This document shows, in pieces, positions 28,672 through 35,562 of a stretch of DNA of 35,562 nucleotides. The stretch's first letter is position 1, and each line of letters opens with the position of its first letter. Origin of the DNA: Deltaproteobacteria bacterium TL4 (GTDB lineage: Bacteria; SAR324; NAC60-12); the NCBI GenBank assembly GCA_051382335.1, contig JBBCAX010000157.1, positions 1-35,562 of the forward strand. Direction: 5' to 3'. A program made the translations under genes and the position numbers. The notes beneath the pieces were generated by a model that did no database searches, was not told the origin of the DNA, and saw nothing but the letters and a program-made list of their open reading frames with translations.

Positions 28672-29816
28672 TGCGTTCCCTTCGCAATCTTTAATTCACG
28701 TAATTCGTGCTCTTCGTTATACTGGGGAGGCGTTCGAGGCAGGAAAACCTGGAAAATCGAAGAATTATTAGGGGAGGTTGTGTATTGTAAAACGCCTCCA
28801 TGCTGTAGCACAATGCGATAAGAAATCGACAACCCCAAACCTTTGCCTTTTGATTTAGTGGTAAACAAAGGTTTAAATAAGCGTTCCCGGTGCTCCATGG
28901 AAACTCCCGGACCTTCATCTTCAACTTCAATCAAGTAATACTCAGGTCCGGGTTCCAGACCACACACCGCAATTTGCCATTTAGGGCAATAACGTGTCCG
29001 TATTGTGATCTCTCCGCCTGGAGGGGACACTTCTACAGCGTTTTTAATAAGATTGAGAAAGACTTGGTGCAGTTTATCATGATCGGCAACCAAGTTTGGT
29101 AAGGAAGGATCAAATTCCCGTTTGAAATGGATCTGCTGAGGAGAAGCATTGGATTCAAACCACAAGACGACTTCCAGCAGTTCATGGAGATTAAAGGCAC
29201 GAAATTCAAGCGATAACGGTTCGGCATAGAGACACAATTTCTGCAACAGACGTTCAATCCTGTCTAATTCATTTAAAATCATGTGGGTCGGATCTGTCGA
29301 CATCTTGGCTTTTTCCAAATCCCGCTGCAGTAATTGAGTCACTCCTTTGACCCCACTTAGCGGATTTTTGATTTCGTGCGCAATAGAGGACATAAACAAT
29401 CCCATTGAATCCAAAATCGCTTGTTCTTGTTCTTTTGCTTTGAATTCAGCATTCTGCGTTTGATCCGAAATGGTAATTAAAGCTTGCTTCACGTCACGAT
29501 TATCTCCAAAAATAGGGCGCATCGTGATCTCAACAACTTTGGCTTGTCTCACTACAAAGTGAAAGGGAAAATCAACCAGATACACATCTTTCTGACGCTT
29601 AAAAACCTGCTCAATATTTCGGGCAATTACCGGCTCGTTTCGAAATAATTCAAGCATATGGTGTCCCAACAATTTATTTTGAGGGCGGGTCCATAATTGA
29701 GATGCTGCTTCATTACATCGTGTGACCTGGTATTTTCGGTTGACCACCAATAACGCCTGTTTTAAATGATCAATAATCGACTGATCTGAATCGATTGGAA
29801 CTGTTTCTTCTTTCAT
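28668..29816 (-). CDS. PAS-domain cytoplasmic histidine kinase, NtrB/GlnL-like
   Basis: N-terminal [33 protein letters not shown] and GKGLGL motifs. Confidence 0.85.
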   Translation of the reverse strand: MKEETVPIDSDQSIIDHLKQALLVVNRKYQVTRCNEAASQLWTRPQNKLLGHHMLELFRNEPVIARNIEQVFKRQKDVYLVDFPFHFVVRQAKVVEITMRPIFGDNRDVKQALITISDQTQNAEFKAKEQEQAILDSMGLFMSSIAHEIKNPLSGVKGVTQLLQRDLEKAKMSTDPTHMILNELDRIERLLQKLCLYAEPLSLEFRAFNLHELLEVVLWFESNASPQQIHFKREFDPSLPNLVADHDKLHQVFLNLIKNAVEVSPPGGEITIRTRYCPKWQIAVCGLEPGPEYYLIEVEDEGPGVSMEHRERLFKPLFTTKSKGKGLGLSISYRIVLQHGGVLQYTTSPNNSSIFQVFLPRTPPQYNEEHELRELKIAKGTH

Positions 29817-30188
29817 ATTCCGTCTTCCCGTCTGCTCATGTTTCTGTATTACGCATTACTTCAATAACTGTAACTTATAGCAGGTTTGAGCATGTGAAAA
29901 GTTTTTTCTGGCAGTAGCTCAAAGGGAGGAGTGTGTTACAGGAATTTTTTTAAGGCGTTTCGCTAATCCCTCCTGAATTGATTTTCACTTGAAGTATTTG
30001 AAACGGTCTCATAAAATGTACTTCAATTCAGAATTTAACTCGCTGATTTTTGATTCTCCTCCGAAAGAATCCACGCAGACTTGCTGAGGTGCTCCCTCCA
30101 ACTTAACGTTGCAAACCTCAAAGTTGAGTTTTTTGAATGACTCTGCTATCTCTACCAATAGAACAAAAATAGGACAGAAGTTTATCTT

Positions 30189-30282
30189 GTAACGACTCAG
30201 CCACGAAGGAGCACAAAGAAAAAACTTGGTCAAACAACAGAGCCTTTGCGAATCTTCGTGTTCTTGGTAGCTGAATCGTTAC
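30189..30282. mobile_element. 94-bp MITE-like element with GTAAC...GTTAC ends
   Basis: Imperfect TIR GTAACGACTCAGC / GCTGAATCGTTAC with internal CACGAAG/CACAAAG units. The 8-bp flanks TTTATCTT and CTTGTCTT match at 6 of 8 positions. Confidence 0.6.
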
Positions 30283-30320
30283 CTTGTCTTTTACTAATCA
30301 CTCCGTAAAGAAGAGGTTTT

Positions 30321-31136
30321 ATGGAAAAAACAGTTTTAATTACAGGGACATCTAGTGGTATTGGCAGAACAGCGGTAAAGCATTTTCAAAAGAAGGGATG
30401 GCAAGTTGTCGCCACAATGAGAACTCCTGAAAAAGAACACGAATTGTCAAAACTTGAGAAGGTCGCCTGTATTCGGCTTGATGTGACAGATACGCAATCG
30501 ATTCAAGAAGCACTTCGAGAAGCACTCGATCGATTCCAGACGATTGATGCCGTTGTTAATAATGCCGGCTATGGCTTGCTGGGGCCGTTTGAATTGACAA
30601 CCCAAGAGCAAATTCAGAAACAGTTTGATACGAATGTCTTCGGTGTCATGAAAGTGACTCGTGAAATATTACCTCATTTCAGGGAAAGAGGACAGGGACT
30701 TGTGATCAATGTCGCCTCCATGGCTGGACGCATTGCGTTTCCCTTGTTCAGCCTTTATCACGCCAGTAAATGGGCGATAGAGGGGTTTACGGAATCCCTT
30801 CAGTATGAGCTGCGCCCTTTCAATATTAAAGTAAAACTCATCGAACCTGGTTTGGTAAAAACGGATTTTGACGGACGTTCCAAAGAAGAAGCGGCTATTC
30901 AGTATATTTCGGATTATGATTCCTACGTAGAACGGACGATGAAAAAAATCATGGCTTCTTATAAATTTGGAACAACCCCAGAGAAAGTCGCTCAAGTGAT
31001 TTATAAAGCGACAACCGACAACAACCATCGCTTACGTTATCCCATAGGACTCGATGCGGACGCCCTTTTATTCATACGTCGTTTGCTTCCTGACCATTTT
31101 TTTGATGGCATGATCCGACAAACGATGGGTCGGTAA
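30321..31136 (+). CDS. Short-chain dehydrogenase/reductase (SDR)
   Basis: TGTSSGIG, NNAGYG and YHASK motifs. Confidence 0.93.
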   Translation: MEKTVLITGTSSGIGRTAVKHFQKKGWQVVATMRTPEKEHELSKLEKVACIRLDVTDTQSIQEALREALDRFQTIDAVVNNAGYGLLGPFELTTQEQIQKQFDTNVFGVMKVTREILPHFRERGQGLVINVASMAGRIAFPLFSLYHASKWAIEGFTESLQYELRPFNIKVKLIEPGLVKTDFDGRSKEEAAIQYISDYDSYVERTMKKIMASYKFGTTPEKVAQVIYKATTDNNHRLRYPIGLDADALLFIRRLLPDHFFDGMIRQTMGR

Positions 31137-31256
31137 ATGAGGGATGCGTGGTGAGTGTTTGAGGATTTGGTAGAGAATCAATGACACTGCGGAGAGGGTC
31201 AACGCAAAGCGGATGTTCCTGAATATTTCTCAAGAACATCCTGGGGGTTAAAGGAC

Positions 31257-33371
31257 TTAATCTTCGTCTTCTTTCAACTTTTCTTGACGTTCCTTGATCA
31301 CTTTTTCTTGAACAAAGGCAGGGCACGGTACATATTTTTCAAATTCCATGGAGTAGGTCGCTTTTCCAGCCGTCATAGATCGAAGCTGTGTAGCATAACC
31401 GAACATTTCCGCCAAGGGAACACCCGCTAAAACAACAGTATCTTCCCCTTTGACTTCTGAACCATAGATAACTCCGCGTCGTGAGCTGAGGTCACCGATT
31501 ACAGGACCTTGATACTCTCCAGGTGTTTCAACTTCAACCTTCATCACAGGTTCAAGCAGCATCGGTTTCGCTCTTGAGATTGCCTGTTTCATCGCTTTTT
31601 GAGAAGCCAGTCGATAAGCTAAATCACTTGAATCCACATCATGATATTTTCCATCTTTTAAGAAAACGCGGATTCCCACCATCGGAAACGCGGCAAGAGG
31701 CCCTTTATCCATGACATCTCTAAACCCATGTTCACACGCTTGGATGTGTTCTGAGGGAATTGATCCTCCAAAAATCTGATTAACAAACTCGAAGTTAATA
31801 GGACTGTCTCCTTCTTGTGAAATCGGCTCAATACTGCCCGAAACTCCAGCGAATTGTCCTGAACCTCCGGTTTGCTTTTTATGGAGATAATCATAATCAG
31901 CGGGAGCGGAAATAGCTTCACGGTAATTGACTTGAGGCGCGCCCACAATCACGTCAACACCATACTCGCGACGCATCCTCTCAATGTAGATTTCAAGGTG
32001 TAATTCACCCATTCCTGAAATGTGAGTTTCACCGGACTCTTCATCTGTTTTGACACGGAAGGTTGGATCTTCCCGCATAAAACGTCCCAAGGCCTTGCCC
32101 ATTTTCATGTGTCCCTCATTGTCCTTGCCTTTAACCGCAAGAGAAATCACAGGAATAGGAACATGAATCGATTCACAAGCAACATTAACACCGTCACCGC
32201 AAAAAGTATCTCCAGACGCACATTCAACACCAATCATCGCAACAATATCACCCGCTTCCGCAGATTCGATGTTTTGTCGATCATTCGCATGCATTCGAAC
32301 CATCCGTCCCACTCTGATGTTTTTTCCTGTACGCGTATTGGTGATCTTGTCTCCTTTAGCCAAGGTTCCCTGATAGACGCGCATGTAGGTCAATTGTCCA
32401 AATTGTTCTTCCGTAAGTTTGAACGCCATCAAAACACTGGGTAAATCAGGATCAGACTGAAGGATGACAGGCTCTCCCGTTTTTACGTTGGTGGCTTTAG
32501 ACGGTATCGCTTCCAAAGGAGAGGGTAAGTACTCGTTGACTGCATCCAACAATAGCTGAACCCCTTTGTTCTTGAACGCACTTCCCATACACACGGGACA
32601 GAGTTCTAAAGATTGGACCCCCTTTTTGATCGCAGCATGAATGGCGGCTTCCTCAATTTCTTTTTCTTCAAGCAAATCTTCCATCATTTGATCATCAAAC
32701 ATGGAAATGGCTTCCAACATCTCTGCCCGTCTGATTTCCGCCTCTTCCCGCAGCTCTGCTGGAATCGCTTCGTAACGGACTTTTTCCCCTTTTTCACCGT
32801 CAAAATAAGCGGCTTTCATGGTGACCAGGTCGACAATTCCCTGGTGATTTTCTTCTAATCCAATCGGAATTTGCAGGGGAACCGCATTAAGTTTAAGGAT
32901 CTCCCTTAAGCCTTTGATCCCACGATTGGGATTGGCACCCATACGGTCCAATTTGTTGACAAAGGCAATTCTGGGGACCCGATAACGTTTCATTTGACGA
33001 TCCACCGTAATGGATTGGGATTGTATGCCGGCTACCCCACAAAGTACCAAAATGGCACCATCAAGAACACGGAGAGATCGTTCAACCTCAACAGTAAAAT
33101 CAACATGTCCCGGGGTGTCAATGATATTAATTTTGTTATCATTCCAATAAACGGTTGTTGCTGCGGAGGTAATGGTAATTCCTTTTTCTTTTTCCAATTC
33201 CATATGATCCATCGTCGCTCCAGCTCCACCGCCACGAACTTCTTCAATCTTATGAATCTTGCCTGCGTAATATAAAATACGCTCAGTCAGGGTTGTTTTT
33301 CCACTGTCAATATGAGCGGATATCCCAATATTTCGGGTATGTTCAAGCAGCTTTCTTGCTTCGTCTTTCAT
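31257..33371 (-). CDS. fusA: Elongation factor G (spdEFG1 / mtEF-G1-like type)
   Basis: [44 protein letters not shown] and HDVDSS motifs. Confidence 0.95.
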   Translation of the reverse strand: MKDEARKLLEHTRNIGISAHIDSGKTTLTERILYYAGKIHKIEEVRGGGAGATMDHMELEKEKGITITSAATTVYWNDNKINIIDTPGHVDFTVEVERSLRVLDGAILVLCGVAGIQSQSITVDRQMKRYRVPRIAFVNKLDRMGANPNRGIKGLREILKLNAVPLQIPIGLEENHQGIVDLVTMKAAYFDGEKGEKVRYEAIPAELREEAEIRRAEMLEAISMFDDQMMEDLLEEKEIEEAAIHAAIKKGVQSLELCPVCMGSAFKNKGVQLLLDAVNEYLPSPLEAIPSKATNVKTGEPVILQSDPDLPSVLMAFKLTEEQFGQLTYMRVYQGTLAKGDKITNTRTGKNIRVGRMVRMHANDRQNIESAEAGDIVAMIGVECASGDTFCGDGVNVACESIHVPIPVISLAVKGKDNEGHMKMGKALGRFMREDPTFRVKTDEESGETHISGMGELHLEIYIERMRREYGVDVIVGAPQVNYREAISAPADYDYLHKKQTGGSGQFAGVSGSIEPISQEGDSPINFEFVNQIFGGSIPSEHIQACEHGFRDVMDKGPLAAFPMVGIRVFLKDGKYHDVDSSDLAYRLASQKAMKQAISRAKPMLLEPVMKVEVETPGEYQGPVIGDLSSRRGVIYGSEVKGEDTVVLAGVPLAEMFGYATQLRSMTAGKATYSMEFEKYVPCPAFVQEKVIKERQEKLKEDED

Positions 33372-33393
33372 GTCGTCAATCCAATTTTTGCTA

Positions 33394-33586
33394 AGGAACG
33401 GAAACTAAATAACAGGATATTCTGGCTTGTCTTTCTGTGAGCTTGTTCGCCGTTTGACCGCAAGATGTTTGATCGGTATTCAAACTGTGCCGACAGCGCT
33501 CCTTCTTCTTCGCAGGCGAAAGACGCAACGCCTTGAGCCTCCCAAAAAGCTCACGGCATCGTACTTGTTATTTAATTTCCGCTCCT
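33394..33586 (-). ncRNA. Candidate structured RNA (~193 nt) in the fusA leader
   Basis: 21-bp closing helix whose only two non-Watson-Crick pairs are G-U on the minus strand, plus an inner GUGAGCUU/AAGCUCAC helix. Confidence 0.5.
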
Positions 33587-33627
33587 GAGGAGTCCAAAAA
33601 ATTATGAGGTTAAAAAAATAATCCGCC

Positions 33628-33656
33628 AAGATAGAGTTGGATTAAGGAAATCGCAA
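33628..33656 (-). promoter_or_regulatory. Putative sigma70 promoter upstream of the fusA leader
   Basis: TTGCGA-17 nt-TATCTT on the minus strand. Confidence 0.5.
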
Positions 33657-33829
33657 GTTTTTTGGAACAAAGCTTTAAGTTTTCGTCAGAAAAAGTTTAT
33701 AACCACCTGGTTGCTGTCACGGCTTTCTCATAAAAAATAAATCGCTTCCGGGCAAAGTGCCCGTATTTCTTGAGTACCTTTATTCTGTTATAGGTGTGAC
33801 AACCATGAGGGGGAAAATTTAAATGGACG

Positions 33830-34380
33830 ATTAAGAAAGGGGCACACTGGCTGGAAAGAACGTGCAATTGTCTGAGTGTTAATCAATGGCGATTCCTGGC
33901 AGGAATGTGGAATCGATGTCCTCTGCCATTTTTTGGAGTTAAGTCAAAGTTCGTCCTTTGTGGGTTCCTCTCACGGGAGTCAAAGCTCGTTTGGGCAGGA
34001 AGTGGCGGAGTTGATTCGTCATTATCAGAAGGAAGAAGGGTCTGGTCTTTGTCTGGTCTTTGTCTGGTTTATGATCGGGGAAATGATGCGGGGGTGGGAG
34101 CTTTCCAAACGGCAGGAAGATCAAAGGCTCCACTTTCTGCTTCCGGCTCTTTATTTTCAGGAATGTGCCCGCAAATCTTCAAACCCTGAAGAGAAACATC
34201 GCTTGAGGAAAAAGTCTGAACCATTGTTACAGACTTTGGCGTGGAGGGATGTGGACTGGCGGGAGTTGAGTCCTGAGCGGCAAGAAGATTTCAATGGCTC
34301 TTGCGACGGATGCCTCCCTTATTCAGACCGGCGGCTTCCAGAAAAAAGGAGCAAAGGAGCAATACCCTGAAAGTCGCTTG
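33830..34380 (+). pseudogene. Internally deleted, frameshifted remnant of a DUF6399-like transposase-associated gene
   Basis: CGIDVLCHFLELSQxSSFVGSSHGSQ and LLPALYFQECARKSSNPEEKHRLRKKSE resemble the N- and C-terminal parts of that family, recognised from memory. The middle is missing. Confidence 0.5.
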
Positions 34381-34447
34381 ATTGCTGGATTGGCGAAACG
34401 ATGACCATAGCCAATCCAGGGGTTGGTCACATTTTCGGCCACAAATT

Positions 34448-34506
34448 GTAGGGGCGAACCTGTGCGTTCGCCCTGATCTTGGGCAGACACACAGGTCTGC
34501 CCCTAC
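34448..34506. repeat. GTAG-type REP doublet (REPIN-like)
   Basis: GTAGGGGCGAACCTGTGCGTTCGCCC-TGATCTT-GGGCAGACACACAGGTCTGCCCCTAC: two inverted GTAG+palindrome units. Confidence 0.85.
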
Positions 34507-34676
34507 GGGATAAAACACAAATCAGGTGGAACATCAAAAATCAAATTTTTGACACATGGCCAAAAATGATCAATTTGGAATGAGCAACACGTTGGGTGAC
34601 TATGTTTGTTTAATAATAAGCGAACCCCCTGTGAATAACGGTAGTTTTGGATGGCCGCCACGTAGGGCTGCGCTAC

Positions 34677-34774
34677 GTGCGCCTGTGAGCGTACATAATA
34701 ATAGAGAGGTGAAAGTTCTCTTCAGGTATACACTCTCCGGCCTGTAACCGACTGTAACTGCGTCGCCGCAAGGT
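34677..34774 (+). ncRNA. 5' end (domain I fragment) of a group II intron, interrupted by the IS4 element
   Basis: Starts with GTGCG; AGAGAG-GTGAAA-G-TTCTCT hairpin; GTAACCGACTGTAACTGCGTCGCCGCAAGG is typical of bacterial group II domain I. Confidence 0.65.
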
Positions 34775-35562
34775 CAATGTCAGTAACTTAAGAATTTGAC
34801 AATAATAACAATTAGATTCGTCATTTTTTTTCTAATGAGGTATGTTGGCATTTTAATTTTAATGAGAGAGTAGACATTATGAAAAAAAGGTGATGAGATA
34901 TTATCTAAAATACGAAATCAAATCTTCTCAAAATCATTTTTGGATCAATCGAGAGTGTCCGAAAAACACTTTACCCGTCAACGAATTTTGAGTTTTCCTG
35001 TGATGATAGGTTTCCTGCTGAACTTAATTCGAAAAAGTCTTCAGATAGAACTAGATGATTACTTGGATTACATTCGTGAACCTCAAGTCACCAAACAAGC
35101 TTTCATCAAAGCAAGAAACAAATTGAAGCCTGAGGCTTTTTTATTCCTCAATCAAACCCTGGTTAAAGAATTTTACACGGATAATGAGATCAGAACCTAT
35201 AAAGGTTACGTTCTTTTGAGTTGTGACGGTTCTACTCTTCAAGTCCCGAATACCCCGGAGTGCATCGAAACTTTTGGTCAACCTGTGAATCAACAAGGAA
35301 AATGTTCTCCTTTAGCAGCGTTCTCGGTGCTCTATGATCAACTCAATGGAATCACGCTCGACGGCATAATGTCTTCTTATCCGGCCAATGAACGATCTTT
35401 AGCCAATGAGCACCTGGACAATGTCGCTTCGGTTCTCAAAGACATTGAGAAAAAACTGATCCTCTTTGATATGGGATATCCTGCTTTTGGATTCATGTAT
35501 TCCTTGATCGATCAGGGCTATGACTTTCTCATCAGGTGCCCTCAGAATTTTGTTGAAGAGTT
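34775..35562 (+). mobile_element. IS4-family insertion sequence: left end and 5' part of the transposase, running off the window
   Basis: Left end CAATGTCAGTAACTTAAG. The frame from about 34889 reads ...HFTRQRILSF...VTKQAFIKARNKLKPEAF...LLSCDGSTLQVP...LILFDMGY...FLIRC, with DDE motifs of IS4. Confidence 0.9.

Noticed and set aside
15313..33275. Numerous 60-200 aa ORFs antisense to or overlapping the long genes (e.g. 15313-15729, 18438-18962, 20783-21406, 32022-32444)
   Set aside because: Shadow ORFs of well-supported genes, with no recognisable motifs or RBS.

Overview
Low-GC bacterial chromosomal window. The EF-G type and gene content suggest a deltaproteobacterial-like lineage such as SAR324; this is inference only. 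Both ends are mobile or accessory DNA. The left end (1-3.9 kb) holds a HI1419/HI1420-type toxin-antitoxin operon broken by an IS4-type deletion-inversion, two copies of a 181-bp MITE and tandem degenerate Rpn (YhgA-like) nuclease genes. The right end (33.8-35.6 kb) holds a DUF6399-like remnant, a GTAG REP doublet and a group II intron 5' end interrupted by an IS4 element. Between them lie prmA, an orphan ftsW, a secreted ~990-aa ankyrin protein, a third Rpn gene, an SNF2 helicase, an Rrf2 regulator divergent from a five-gene 2-oxoacid:ferredoxin oxidoreductase operon, a LivJ-like binding protein, a YyaL/DUF255 protein, an NtrB-like kinase, an SDR and a stand-alone fusA. Most notable: (1) the oxidoreductase operon encodes two complete enzymes (Kor-like and Por-like) whose ferredoxin delta subunits are fused in one polypeptide, suggesting a physically coupled supercomplex; (2) a ~190-nt structured RNA candidate in the fusA leader; (3) internal translation starts in the Rpn genes (RpnS-type antitoxins), one of them duplicated downstream; (4) a base-resolved Tn10-like deletion-inversion footprint. 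All family assignments come from motif recognition, not database searches.
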